From contig NC_086097.1 of assembly GCF_963921235.1 (NCBI RefSeq), forward strand, positions 177,198,001 through 177,262,000: a DNA stretch of 64,000 nt, in the 5' to 3' direction. The stretch's first letter is position 1; every line of letters begins with the position of its first letter. Under the pieces are notes generated by a model that saw nothing but the letters and a program-made list of their open reading frames with translations, was not told the origin of the DNA and ran no database searches. Both the position numbers and the translations under genes were made by a program. The DNA is from Mobula hypostoma (taxonomy: Eukaryota). Shown here piece after piece: positions 26,401 through 40,395 of this stretch.

Positions 26401-26839
26401 ATGCTGTGTAACCTACTGAGTTTCTTCCAGCATTTTCAATTTAATTTTTCTTTTGTTAAACAGTACAGCAACGTCCTTGTGCATGAACCACAAAGGCTCC
26501 ATCTGGACTTCAGCCTGACAGTTCTCATTCTTGGGGTTGTTGAACCTGTTTAAAGTTAATGCGTTCATCCTGTTGTGAAAATATCAGGCAGCAAAGGAGT
26601 TTACACAAATGTTAAAAAGTTTACAATATTGATATTCCACAAGGCATGATCACAGGAAAGACAAAAGCTCAATTGCCCTTGTGCAAAGCACTTCCCTTCT
26701 GACACCTGCTCATAACACATTGGCTACCACTACTCAGATAAATTTCTTCCCAGAATTAGTAGCCAGTTATAAATGTATCATAAATGCAAGGAGATAAAAG
26801 TGTGAGCTATTCAAATCAAACTATTTCCCATAAAAAGAA

Positions 26840-27047
26840 GGCATTTAATTTATTGTGCACCTTTCACAACCCAACAAGCACAACCCAGACAAAGGGCTCC
26901 GGAAAGAGTAGTTACTCCCACCTGACAGGAAACACAGTAGCCAATAAAAATGTGCACAGTAAAATCCCAAGTGGCAGCCATTACAAAGAGCATTTTATCT
27001 TGATAATGAAGGAGAAGTAACTGGGCAGGAGAGCAAACACCTGCTCC
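26840..27047 (-). mobile_element. Ancient DeuSINE (SacSINE1/AmnSINE-like) relic
   Basis: 'atttattgtgcacctttcacaacc...aggaaacacagtagccaat...tgtgcacagtaaaatccca' is a degenerate reverse complement of the copy at 45365. Confidence 0.5.
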
Positions 27048-27224
27048 ATTAAGTTAGTTCTTAACTGCATGAACCAATGGAGAAAAGTCTCCACCTCAAT
27101 TAATTATTGTGTTTTTCCCTTAAATGTATTAAATATGAACTTGGGTTCTGCACATAAAAACATAAGAAGCAGAAGAAAGAATGGGCCACTGGGACCCTCA
27201 TTTCCATTCTGGCATTGACCTCTG

Positions 27225-28373
27225 ACCTTGGCTTCAACGCCTCATTGTGTAATTGGATTCTGGATTTTCTCACTTGTAGATCCCAGTCAGTTCGGATAGG
27301 TAATTACATCTCCTCCATGATATCCATCAGCACAGGTGCACCACAAGGCTGTGTGCTTAGCCTCCTGCTCTGCTTGCTTCACACTTACGACTGTGTAGCT
27401 AACCATAGCTCCAAAGCCATATTCAATTTTGCCGATGACACCAATGTCATGGGCTGAATGAAAAGTGTGATGAATCAGCATATAGGAGAGAAATTGAAAA
27501 TCTGGATAGGTGGTATCATAACAACAACCTCTCACTCCATGTCATCAATACCAAGGAACTGATTGTAGACTTCAGGAGAGGGAAACCAGAGGTCCATGAG
27601 CCAGTCCTCATCAGAGGATCAGAGATGGAGAGGGTCAGCAGCTTTATGTTCCTATGTGTTACCATTTCAGCGGACCCGTCTTAGGTCCGGCGCATAAATT
27701 CAATCGCAAAGAAAGCATGGCAGCACCTCTACTTCCTTAGGTGTTTGCGGAGATTTGGCATGACATTGAAAATTTTGACAAACATCTATAGATGTGTAGT
27801 GGAGAGTATATTGACTGGCTGCATCACAGCCTAATATGGAAGCACCAATGCCCTTGAATGGAAAATCTGACAAAAAATAATGGATTTAGCCCAGTACATC
27901 ATGGGTAAAGTCCTCCCAACCACTGAGCACATTCACATGAAGCACTGATGTTGGAGGGCAGTGTCCATCATCAGGGATCCCCGCCAACCAGGTCATGCTC
28001 TATTCTCGCTGCTGTCATCAGGTAGCAGGTACAGGAGTCTCAAGACTAGCACCAGCAGGTTTAAGAATTATTACTACCCCTCAACTATCAGGCTCTTGAA
28101 CAAAAGGGAATAACTTCTCTCAATTTCACTTGCCCCATCATTGGAATGTTCCCACACCCAATGGACTCACTTTCAAGGACTCTTCATCTCATGTTCTCAT
28201 TATTTATTGCTATTTATTTGCTCAGTTTCTTGTCTTCTACACTGCTCTTTCAACAATCCTGTTGTAGTTACTATTCTATACATTTATTGAGTATGCCCAT
28301 AAGAAAATGTATCTCAGGGCTGTATACAGTGACATATATGTACTTTGATAATAACATTTACTTTGAGCTTTGA
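27225..28373 (+). mobile_element. Rex1/Babar LINE, 5'-truncated
   Basis: [19 protein letters not shown]...[11 protein letters not shown]...FADDT, followed by C-terminal motifs and the 3' tail. Confidence 0.9.
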
Positions 28374-30545
28374 TCACTAAGATCGCAACTAATCTTTCAC
28401 TTCAGCACCACTTTCCTTCACTGATTCTCTCAAAATCTTAAAATCCAGGAACAAGTTCTCTTTCATGGAGAATTTCAAAGATTCATCATACTCAGGCTGA
28501 AGAAATTCCTTCTCTCTGTCCTGATTAGACAGTGACACCAGGTTTTTAACACCCTAGCTATGAGAAACATCATCCCTGCATCTCCCATTCTTGGTGAACA
28601 AGGCTGCTTGTATATAATTGGACCAAAACATCTTTAATCTAGTACTCAAATCCTCTTGTAATCCCTGTTGGTTTCTGGCACATTTCATGTATTTCTTGGT
28701 AAATTTGCAGATTGGTTTATTATTGTCATATGTATCAAAGTGCAGTAAAAAAAAACTTTTTTTGCATACCATATTAGAGATCATTTCATTGCAACAGTTC
28801 TTTGAGGTAGTACAAGGGAAAAACAATGACAGAATTCAGAATAAAGTGTTACAATTCCAGAGAAGGTGCAGGTAGACATTAGCATGCAAGGTCACAACAA
28901 GGCAGATTGTTAAGTCAAGAAACAATTTTATCTTACAAGGGAATCATTCAATAAACTTATAACAATGAGATGGAAGCTGTCCTTGAGCCTCTTGGTACAT
29001 GCTTCCAAGCTTTTGTATTTTTGTTCCAGTGGGAGAGAGAAGAGAGGATGCCCATCATGGGTGGAGACTTGGGCTACGTTGGCTGCTGCTTTGCTGTAGA
29101 CCGTGGGGAAGAGGCTCTTTTCTGTGATGTGCTGAGCTGTATCCGTAACTCTCTGCAGTTTCTTGTAGTCTCAGGCAGAGCAGCAGCCATACAAAGCCAT
29201 GATGCTTCCAGATAAGATGCTTCCTATGGTGCATCTCTAATAATTGGCAAGGAGGTACAGGTGTTGGTGAACTTTCTTTGCCATGTCATCCCTGTGGTTG
29301 GACCAGGACATGTTATTGGTGATGTTTACTCCTGGGAACTTGAGCATCTCACCCTCTCAACCACAGCATTGTTGATGCAAACAGGAGCACGTGCACCACT
29401 CTCCCCCCTCCACCCCTTCCTGAAGTCAGTGCAAGCTCTGTCCAGATACGACAAGTAATATAGAAATTGCCACCATCAGAGTGTGGCACCATCAGCTCCA
29501 AGCTATAGGTCATTCCTACTTGGAAATACGTCACCATTACTCGGTCTAAGTCCCTGGAACTTCTTCCCCACCAGTAGTGGGAGAACTAGCAGAAGTTGTG
29601 AGACCATCTTCACCAAAAGGACTGCAGAGGTTCAAGAAGGTAGCTTCTCAATAGGTAATTATCAATAGACAGAGCTAAGAGAAGAGTTATGAGCACCAAG
29701 CAGGAAAGAGGAACAGATGCTAAAATCAAATTATTAAAGGGCAGCGCAGCCTTGAGGGGCCAAATGGCTGATCCTGATCCTGAATGGTTGAGAGGCATAG
29801 GTTAGATTCACCATTTTGGTGTATATCAAAGACTCTTAAAATTTCAACCAATGCATGGTGAGAGCATGCTGACTGACATCCTGGTTTGGAGGCTCAATGC
29901 ACAGGATCTCAAAAGCCTGCAGAGGCTTGTAGGCACAGCCAGCTCCATCACAGATGCAATCCTCCCATTCACAAATGACATCTTCAAGAGATGAGTGTCT
30001 CAAAAAGTGACATCTATCATTAAAGACCCTCACAATCCTGGACATTCCCTTTTGTCATTAGTACCATTAGGCAGGAGGTACAGAAGCCTGAAGACCCGCA
30101 GTCAAGGAATCAGGTTCAATTCCTCTGCCATCAGATTTCAGAATGGGCCATGAACCATGAACATGACCTTGCCATTCCTTTTTAGTTACTCCATTTATTT
30201 ACTTCTGTAATTTATAATAATTTTATGTCTTTGCACTGTTGCTGTAGAACAACAAATTTCATGATAAATGTCTAATTCTGGTTTTGCTATGGACTTTGTT
30301 TTTTTCCTTCTAATTGTGTTCTGTCTTATAAAAGTTGCATATAGTTCATGTTTATTTTTTGTTGTGGATGCTATTGATTTGATGCTATGTGCTTAAGAGG
30401 TTACTGTACCACATTTTTCATTGCACAAGTGGACTTGTGTATATGACAATAAACTCGGCATTGACCTTGACTTTGGTAGAGGTGTTGGGTTTGGAAGGTG
30501 CCGTCTGAGGTGTCCTGGTGAGTTGCTGCAGAGTATCCTATAGAT

Positions 30546-30625
30546 CAGGGGGTTCCCAACTTTTTTATGCCATGGACCCCGACCATTAACTGAGGGATTT
30601 GTGGACCCCAGGCTGGGAACCCCGG
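30546..30625. mobile_element. hAT MITE, same family as 21110-21190
   Basis: CAGGGGGTTCCCAAC...GGCTGGGAACCCC inverted termini. Internal 'tatgccat...accattaa...tggacc.cagg' is shared with the 21110 copy. Confidence 0.75.
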
Positions 30626-31829
30626 CAAACTGCTGCTATTCCAGCTGCTCACTACTCTAGCTCACTCTTGCACTGTTAAACTTTGAAATGGCTACATCCT
30701 TCAAGTAACACATGTAAAACCCATTCCGACATTAGTTTTATAGATCATCCAGCTGCATTTTGTACATGCTTCATTTGAAGGGATGAAAGAAAATAGCACT
30801 CACCAGCAGTCGAATAATAATTCAATTAAGCACACAGCTACTATTTTTTCCCTGGAGCTCTTTCATGCTATTGTAGAAATCGTTCATTCTGCTCTGACTA
30901 TATTTGGTGATATCTTTTCTTGGGTTGTACAGGTCACATTGACTGGGAGCACTATTTTAGTTCATTATCCCATTAACCTTTGCACTGGGGAAGAGCCAAA
31001 AGCTTTCTGAAAGGGCGTTCCATCAATTTCACAGGATCCACTCATTAAAGTTATTGAATCTAAATGAACCTTCTGTGTGGCCTTGATTGCATGCTCTACT
31101 TGCTAGTGTGGTATGTTGAGCTCTTAACTATTACATAGTGAGAGGCATTTTTAGGGAAGGCGTAATCAGAATGGCAATAAAGCACAGTGTTCTCAAAGAG
31201 ATTGACAGGGTGGGTGTGAGATGCTGATAACCCTGTTTGGGAATTCTTGAATTGGATCACAGTTTCAAAGTAAGGGGACGGACAACCATGTCAGAGGTGA
31301 AAGGAATTCTTCACCCAAAGGTTGGTGAATCTCTCAAAATCTCCTCCCAAGACGTCTATGGAGGATCAGTATATTCAAACTATTCCTGTCAATTTCAATA
31401 GCACCGAGGTAGAGTTGGTTGAGAGCTTCAAGTTCCTCGATGTAAATATCACCGACAATTTGTCCTGGTCCAGCCACATGGACTCTCTGGAAAAGAAAGC
31501 TGGCCAAATCCTCTACTTTCTCAAAAAAGGCTAAGAAAACCCAGTACACAATAACTCTCATCAATTTGCATAGACGCGTCCTATCTGGGCGTATCACAGG
31601 CAAAGTACCACTGGAGAAACACGACAACACTTTGCAGGCAGCTTACAAAACATCTAAATATATTTCTTCTGAACTACTGTCACTGCAATCTGCAGCCTGT
31701 AATTTTCCTTTAAGTAACATCAGTACTTTTAAACCATCTTTACAAACCAGTGATTTCACAACCATCTAAGGACTTGGAATACTAACTCTCAGGAATGCAG
31801 GTACAGCACCTTTCGGTGGATACTACGGC

Positions 31830-32070
31830 CAGAGGACAGTAATGAGGGGAGGACTCCAAGCCATTGGGGTATGAAACTCCCTCTACCCAGTGTCTTGTTA
31901 GCAAATGTACAGTCACTGGAAAACAAGATTGAGGACATAAGGGCCAGCTTGCTCTACCAGAGGGAAACGAGGGATTGCTGCATTCTGTGACTTGGCTCAC
32001 TCCAGATAAACTGGATACGTCAGTAAGAAAGCTTCTCTATCAACCAGATGGACTGGACTGCTGATTAGGA
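31830..32070 (+). mobile_element. Rex1/Babar AP-endonuclease N-terminal fragment
   Basis: Translates PLPSVLLANVQSLENKIEDIRASLLYQRETRDCCIL. Confidence 0.75.
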
Positions 32071-33162
32071 GAAGGCAAATGTTGGGGGTCCATGTTTCAT
32101 GATAAACTCCTTCTAGTCCTCGGACACAGTGGTCCTTTTGAATTCTTATTCCCCTGACCTGAACCATTTAATGATTAAGTGCCTATCCATTCTGTTAACC
32201 TACATTGTCATTGCCCTTCTACCTTATTTGTCCAGATGTACCTCACCTTCTCTGTTACTGTAACAGGATATTCTGTTATTGATTTTTCTGGTACTACCTC
32301 ATTGTATTTATGTATGGAGTGATCTACCTGGATAGCACACAAACAGTAGTTTTTCACTGTATCTCAGTATATGTGACAATAATAAACTAGTTACCAATTA
32401 CCCCTACCCTCCGTCCCCTTCAAGACCCTAATTCTATCCCCTTCCATCTGCCCATCACTCACACATTCCTCAAAATGGGTCTCCTTCCCCCCTGCCCCCC
32501 CCCACTGTTCCCATTTGCTCTTCCCAGTTCCCTTATCTGGTTCCACCTTCCAATCCTATCAAACCCCATCATCTGGAGTCCTTCATCACCCCTACCAATC
32601 ACTTCCCAGCTTCAGTCACTAGATCCACTCTTTCACCCCCACATGACTCCATAGGCCCATTAACACACCCTCACCTGGATCCACCTATCTCATACCACCT
32701 CTCCCCCTCCTCTGGATACCGACTATCTCCCCTTTACTCTTGCAGTCCAGATGGAGGGCCTCAAACTGAAGCAACAACTGTCCATTTCCCTCCATGGCTG
32801 TTGCTTGACCCACTGAGTTTCTCCAGCGTTTTGCATGTTGATCCAGATTCCAGCACTTGTAATCTCGTGTCTCCATTTTACCCACTATCTGCCAGCTCAG
32901 TTCAGAAAGCAGCCCACTAAAGCCACAGTTTATTCTCTTCCTGAATGCTGATGCTGGCAACGTATATATTGATCTTGGAGTCAAATTAAAGCAGCTGGTG
33001 AGCAGTCTGATCACAATGCATCTTCGTCTGAAAATCAGGCAACGAAACTGCATCTGTTCAAACGCCACAGGGAAAGCGATTCAAATCAGATTTATTTATC
33101 TCCAGTACATCAAAGTGTACAATGAAATGCATCATTTACCTTAACGACCAGTGCACCCAGAT

Positions 33163-33844
33163 AGAGGAGGAGGAGAAGATGGCGGCGCGACGCAGCACAC
33201 ACGGCCACTTCGGTGGTGATGTCTGTTATCTGTCAAGTAGGGGACTGTGCACAATTCTGATTTGAGGGAGATAGACATGAGAGTACAGAGGAACATCTGG
33301 AGAAACTTCTGAAATGCCCGCTTCGCTGCCACTGTTACTGTGTGGTCCGGAATCTCCAGAGGAGAAGGCCCCGAATCCTCGGCTTTGCTTGTTTCGGTGG
33401 CCAGGCAAGGTTGAAAGCACTTGGCAGAGAATGGCGCTTGGGAAGCTGTATCGGAGGGGCTGGTCAGAGGCTCGAAGTTTTTGGATGGACGAATTCGGTG
33501 TCGGCTGTGGTCGGGTGCTTCCAATGCATCGGTAGTTGTCAGTGCCTGGAGGTTTATGGCAGGGAGTTTCTCCCTTTGCCGCCTGCTATCGGGGACTCAG
33601 GGGTCGATCGACTCGGGACTTTGAGACTCTTTTTTACCATGCCTATGGTCTGTTCTTTATCAAATTATGATATTGTTTTGCACTGCTGTAACTATGTGTT
33701 ATAATTATGTGGTTCTGTCAGTGTTAGTCTTTCGTTTGTCCTGTTTTTCTGTGATATCACTCTGGAGGAACATTGTATCATTTCTCAATGCATGCATGCA
33801 TTTTAAATGACAATAAACAAGGACTGAGTGTTCTCATAATCTAA
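33163..33844 (+). mobile_element. Non-coding, non-autonomous retroposon with AAGATGGCGG 5' end and Rex1-like tail
   Basis: Starts 'gaggagaagatggcggcgcgacgc' and is CpG-rich with no recognisable protein. Tail 'ggaggaacattg...aaatgacaataaa' resembles the Rex1 tail at 44945-45033. Confidence 0.6.
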
Positions 33845-35987
33845 AACCCAAGGATGTGCTGAGGGCAGCCCACAAGTACTGTCACATATTCTGGCACCAA
33901 CACAGCATGAACACAATGTTCAGCACAGCAAGAATAAAAAAACCAAAAAGCAAAACAAGCCCTTTCCCAATCTCCCACCCATCCAGCTACCCACTCACAC
34001 ACACAGGCAGGACAGGCCGCCTTCAGGCCCCAGACTCTCAGACAACAAAGCTCCAGCCTCTGGACAGGGGCTTTGACCTCCAGATGGGGGCTTCGATCTT
34101 CGGGCTTTTCCCTCCAGACTCATCAAGGTGGAGGACAGAAGAGGCAGAGCATTAAACAATCACCCATCCACCTTCACCCTAAATCCCAGATTCAGAGGAT
34201 CCCACTCTTGACTCTTCATCCCAGATACACAGAGTTTTATTGGAAACAAATCTCCATCCATGCCAATGGACCAGCTAAGGAGGAGACAAAATAAAGGCAG
34301 CGCAGTTACTTCCTGGAGACTGCAGGTCCCCCTAAATCACCCCAGTCACCATTCCTCTATTCAACAACCCATGGAGTGGGGACACCAGAGGCTGCAGATG
34401 CTATAATCTGGAAGAACACACAGAACACAGCCCAGTCCATCATACACACCAGCCTCCCCTGCACCGATTCAGTCTGCACCTCCCGCTGTCTCAGGAAAGC
34501 AGCCAACCTTGATGTCCTGATGAAGGGTTTTGACCCAAAACATTGACACTTCCTTCCACCCCTCCCCCCCGCCCCCCCGATGAGCCTCTGGCACATTGTG
34601 TATTGCACCAGATTCTAGCGTCTGCAGTCTCTCGTGTCTCCAGTACCCTCATTGAAAGCTCTCCGAGTACACTACGACTTGCTTTTGCAAAGGATTCCAT
34701 GAGAACACTGTGAATAGGTTTAAGCATGAAATCCATCTACTCTATCATAAAAGGTGTGACAGGCAACTCTAAATAAGGCAAAGGAAGTAATTAAAAACAT
34801 TCATAAAGGCAAAATAAAACTCCCAAGTCCCACAGCAACATTTGGAAAGAAATTCTGACTGGGCATCTAGCACTTGGCTTTGCAGTTCATTCTGTTTAAT
34901 GTACCAGTTGGTTATGTAACTTGCCTATCTAAATTCAATGTAAGCAGTGTGAAATGCTACTATTGTAGGTAGAGCCTTGCACAGTTAATTATTATTCACA
35001 TCATCTCCTTCTTATGTTTAGCAGGCCTATTGATGGAGGTTTGAAGCTGCTTTAGTCTATTATAAGCAACACGTGGATATCTTTGTTACACTTTAATTGG
35101 CAGTTTAACTGATGAATAAGAATTGAAAATTTGTCATAATAAAATCAGAAAATGCTGGAAATACTCAACGGGTCAGGTTGCATCTGTGGGGAGAGCAACA
35201 GGCCAAAGACTCTTCATTTGACCTGAGGAAGTACAATATATTGACAGTGAGCTAACACTGTATTAACAATATGCTCTGTTACTCAGCAGTAAAGAATCAA
35301 TTATCCTCTCATCCCATTTAAGATTGAGAATCTGAATCAGGCGTGTTATCATTGATATATATTGCAAAATTTGACGTACAGAGCAATTTATAAAATTACT
35401 GTAAGTTACAAAACTAAATAAATAATGCAAAAAAGTAACAATGAGGTAAAATGTAATAATGTAATAATGTATTGATTAATAAATAATTATGATGTGCTTT
35501 AATAATTATTATTGATAAATGGTGCATGGGCCATTCGGAATTGTGATGGCAGGGGGGCAGAAGCTGTTTCTAAATCATTGAGTATAGGTGTATAGGTGTT
35601 CAACCATCTGTACCTCCTCCTTGATGGGAGTAACAAGAATGTATGTCCCGGATGGTGAGGGTCCTTAACGAAGGTGTTGCCTTCTTGAGGCATTGCCTTT
35701 TGATGGTGCCCTTGATGGTGAGGCAGTTGTGGAACTGGCTGAGTCTACAACCCCCACTGCAGCCTTTTGCAGTCCTGTGCATTGAAGCCTCCATGCTAAA
35801 CTGTGAAGGAGCCAGTTAGAGTGTTCTTCACTGGACATCTGTAGAATTTGTAAGAGCCTTTGGTGACTTATCAAATCTCTTCAAATCATTACAAAGTAGA
35901 ACCACTGGCATGCCTTCTTTGTGTTGGAACCAGAATAGATCCTGTGAGATGTTGATATCAGGAACTTAAAGCTTCTAAGTCTTTAAG

Positions 35988-36790
35988 GCGAAAGAGCTGA
36001 TTGTGGACTTCAGGAAGGATAAGACGAAGGAGCATATACCAGTCCTCATAGAGGGATCAGAAGTGGAGAGAGTGAGCAGCTTTAAGTTCCTGGGTGTCAG
36101 GATCTCTGAGGATCTAACCTGGTCCCAACATATTGATGTAGTCATAAAGAAGACAAGACAGCGGCTATACTTTATTAGGAGTTCAAAGCGATTTTTTATG
36201 TCAACAAATATGCTCAAATACAGTACACTCAAAAACTTCTGTAGTTGTACCTTGAGAGCTTTCTGACAGGCTGCATCACTATCTGGTACGGAGGGGCTAC
36301 TGCACAGGACCAAAAGAAGCTGCAGAAGGTTGTAAATCTAGTCAGCTCCATCTTGGGCACTAGCCTACAAAGTACCCAGGACATCTTTAAGAAGTGGTGT
36401 CTCAGAAAGGCAGTGTCCATTATTAAAGACCTCCAGCATCCAGGGCATGCCCTTTTCTCACTGTTACCATCAGGTAGGATGTACAGAAGCCTGAAGGCAC
36501 ACACTCAGTGGTTCAGGAACAGCTTCTTCCCCTCTGCCATCCGATTCCTAAATGGACTTTGAAGCTTCGGACACTACCTCACTTTTTTAATATACAGTAT
36601 TTCTGTTTTTGCACATTTTTAATAATCTATTCAATATATGTAATTGATTTACTTGTTTATCTATTATTATGTTTTATTTTTTTTTCTCTCTCTCTCTCTG
36701 CTAGATTATGTATTGTACTGAACTGCTGCTGCTAAGTTAACAAATTTCACATCACATGCCGGTGATAATAAGCCTGATTCTGATTCTGAT
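35988..36790 (+). mobile_element. Rex1/Babar 3' fragment
   Basis: ELIVDFRK...SFKFLGVRISEDLTWSQH, then ESFLTGCITIWYGG...HPGHALFSLLPSGR. Tail is (ctgatt)n. Confidence 0.9.
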
Positions 36791-38220
36791 CAATCCATGG
36801 TCATAGGGTTATAAAACACAGAAGCAGTGATTTTGGCCCAACTTATCCACGCTGACCAATGTCCCTTTCTGAAGTTGCCTTCACTTGGTCCATATCCTTC
36901 TAAACCTTTCCTGTCCTTGCACCTGTCCAAATCTCTTTTAAATGTTGTAACTGTACCTATAAATCTATACTTTTAAATTCCTGGGTGTGACTGTCTCAGA
37001 GTACCTTTCCTAGACTTATCATATAAATCTGATTGCAAAGAAAGCAAGACAGTGCATCTACTTCCTCAGGAGTCTGCGGAGATTCGGTATGTCATAAAAA
37101 CCTTGGCAAACTTCCATAGAAGTTTGCATAGGTGGAAAGTGTGCTGAACACCTGCATAATGGCTTGGTATGGGAACACCAATGCTTTTGAGCAGAAAATC
37201 CTCCAAAGGTAGTGGATTCAACCCAGTACATCATGGGTAAAGCCCTCCCAACCATTGAGCACATCTTCATGAAACGTTGCCATAGAAAAGCAGCATCATC
37301 CATCATCAAAGATCCTCACCACACAGGCCGTGCTCTTTCCCTGCTGCTGCCATCAGGTAGAAGGTAGAAGTGCCTCAGGATTTGCACCACCAGTTTCAAG
37401 AACAGTTACCACCCCCCAATCATCAGATTCTTAAACAAAAGGGTGTAACTGCACTCATTCTACTTCTGGTGCTCCCACAACCGACGGTCTCACTTTAATG
37501 ACTCTTTATCTCGTTATTTTGTGCTCTCATGATTTACTTATATTTGCACTTGCACAGTTTGTTGTTCATTGATCCTGCTTATAGTTACTGTTCCATAGAT
37601 TTGCTAAGTGTGCCTGAAGGAAAAAGAACCTGAGGGTTGTATGTGGTAACATGTATGTACTCTGATAATTAATTTCACTTTGAACTTCAAACTCTACCAC
37701 CACCTCTGACAGCTCATTCATAATATCCATCATCCTCTGTGTGAAAACCTTACCTTTCAGATCCTCTTTAAACCTTTCCCTTCTCACCTTAAACCTATGC
37801 ACTCTTATTTCAGACTTCCCTGCCCTGGGAAAAAAGACTGTGACCATTAATCTTATCTACACTCATCATCATATTATCAACACACCCCAAATCATTCCCT
37901 CAGCAAGCAATACTATTGTAGTCCACTTTGCACTACAGTAGACTTCACTCTTTTTTGTTGTAACTGCATCATTTCTTGTAAAACTTGCATAGGTAATTTG
38001 CGTTTCACTTACATTTTCCTTGTGAATGCTCTGTCTCTAATACTTTGTGCCTGTGAAGCTGCTGCAGGTAAATCTTTCATTGCAACTGTGCACATGACAA
38101 TAAATTTGACTTCGATTTGAACCCATTTTAAACCTTTGCCCTCTAGTTTTGTATTCCCGCACCTTTGGTGAAAGATTGTGACTATTCACCTTATTTCTGC
38201 TCCACAAGATTTTATATCTG

Positions 38221-38475
38221 GGGCACAATGGTAGCGTAGTAGTTAGTGCGAAGCTATTACAGCTTGGGGTGTTTTTATACATTTGCCCTTTCACCGCGTG
38301 GGTTTGCTTCAGGTGTTCCAGTTTCCTCTCACAGTCCAAAAATATACTGGTTAGTAGGTTAATTGGTTATTGTAAGCTGTCCTGTGATTAAGGTAGGGTT
38401 AAAGGTAAGTTGCTGGGCAGCACTGCTCAGTGGGCCAGAAGGGCCTGTACTATGCTGTACCACTAAATAAATAAC
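38221..38475 (+). mobile_element. HE1-like V-SINE
   Basis: tRNA-like head 'ggtagcgtagtagttagtgcg', V-domain 'gcgtgggtttgcttcaggtgttccagtttcctctcacagtccaaa', CR1-like tail 'ggccagaagggcctgt...taaataaataa'. Confidence 0.8.
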
Positions 38476-40047
38476 TAAATATTCCTCCACGTGATCACCC
38501 CTTGGCCTCCTTCGCTTCATTCCCAGTCCTGTCAGACTCTCCCCAAACTCAAAGGACAGAAGACTGAGACTGATGAGATCGCACTGAGAGCCAACATTAA
38601 CTTAATGGGCTGAATGTGCTTCATCTGTGCTGTAAGGAAATACAAATGACTTTGGCCTTGCCAAAAATACCAGCATTCCAAAAAGAGGGTGAATAGGTGA
38701 ATTAATGATCTCTCCTAGCGTTAGTATTCACCACTCTCTGTATAAAAGACCTACCTCCAACATCATCCCTACACTTTCCTCTAACCATCTTAAAATTATG
38801 CTCTCTTGTATTAGCTATTTCCACCCTGGAAAGATGTAGCTGGCTGTTTACCCAATCTATGCCTCTTATCACCTTCTACACCTCCATCAGGTTACCTTTC
38901 AACCTCCTTTGCTCAAAGGGAAAAGCCCAAGCTCGTTTAGCCTATCCTCATAAGGCATATTCTCTAATCCTAGTAAATCTCTTCTGCACCCTCTCTAAAA
39001 CCACCACATCCTTCTTATAAAGAGACAACCAGAACTGAACACAGTACTCCAAGTATGGTTTGACCTGTATGGATGGCATGCGGAAGCTTTTCACTGCATC
39101 TCGGTACAGATGACAACAATCAACAAGTTCCAGTTCTGTGCTTGAGCTGTGGTGACATGGTGATTCAACTGTGTTCACAGATCTCTACAATTTCTTGCAG
39201 TCTTGGACAGACCTGTTGTCATACCAAGCTGTGATGCTTGTGTAACGAAAATATTTTAAAAATTAATTCCTTGTTCTTCTTCTGATTCAGCAGCAAGAAG
39301 CATCCACAAACAAAGGAGGCACTGTACACATGTTAAAGGTTATAACAAATTGCTATAATAGAATTATGTAAAAAATAAAATTAGTCACTAAGTCAGTCTA
39401 CACAAAATACTGTCGGAGGGAACTGCAGATGTGTGACAGCTTTTTCAATCTCTTTTTTTCTCCCTCTCTCCCTTGATGTCTTTGTCTCTATCAAACTCCT
39501 AACACTAGTTGTAACCTGGCATGGCTGATCTGACCATGGACTCATCTCCACCTACCTACCTTTTCCCCATAACCTTTAATTGCCCTACTATGCAAAAATC
39601 TATCTAACCTTGTCTTAAATAAGATTGGAAAGATTTTCCCATGGGACAGTGCCAGGTGGGGAAAATGGCGAGTCATTTTTCCCTTCCCAGACAAACATGT
39701 TTTTCAGCATGATCTACTTTCAGGGCTGTAGACTAGTGCAACAGTCAGTTCCATCGTGGGTACTAGCCTCCATCGTATCCAAGACATCTTCAATGTGCGA
39801 TGTCTTAGGGAGACGGTGCCCAACATTAAGGATCCCCACCACAAAGTACATGCCTTCTTCACTCTGTTACCATCAGGAAGGAGGTACAGAAGTCTGAAGC
39901 CACACACTCAGTGATTCAGGAACAGCTTCTTCCCCTCTGCCATCTGACTTCTAAATGAACATTGAACCACTGGACACTACCTCACTACTTCTTTTCTTTC
40001 TGTTTTTTTTTGCATGACTTATTTTAACTTAACTATTATATATATAT

Positions 40048-40350
40048 TAGGCATCCATTAGTCTCATGAGACCATGGATTTGCGCCTTGGAAGGTTTCCA
40101 GGGCGCAGGCCTGGGCAAGGTTGTCTGGAAGACTGGCAATTGCCCATGTTACAAGTCTCCCCTCTCCACACCACCGATGTTGTCCAAGGGAAGGGCATTA
40201 GGACCCATACAGCTTGGCACCGGTGTCATTGCAGAGCAATGTGTGGTTAAGTGCCTTGCTCAAGGACACACACGCTGCCTCAGCCAAGGCTCAAACTAGC
40301 GACCTTCAAATCAGTAGACGAACACCTTAACCACTTGGCCATGCGCCAAC
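40048..40350 (-). mobile_element. tRNA-derived SINE with conserved central domain and probable RTE-type tail
   Basis: Minus strand has A-box-like 'tggccaagtggttaagg', a degenerate B box, and core 'gtgtccttgagcaaggcacttaacc'. Confidence 0.7.
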
Positions 40351-40395
40351 ACACACACACACACACACACACACGCACGCACACATATATATATA

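Noticed and set aside
40349..40395. (CA)n(TA)n tract as a functional element
   Set aside because: It is an ordinary microsatellite. Its TA run simply supplies the Tc1 target site.
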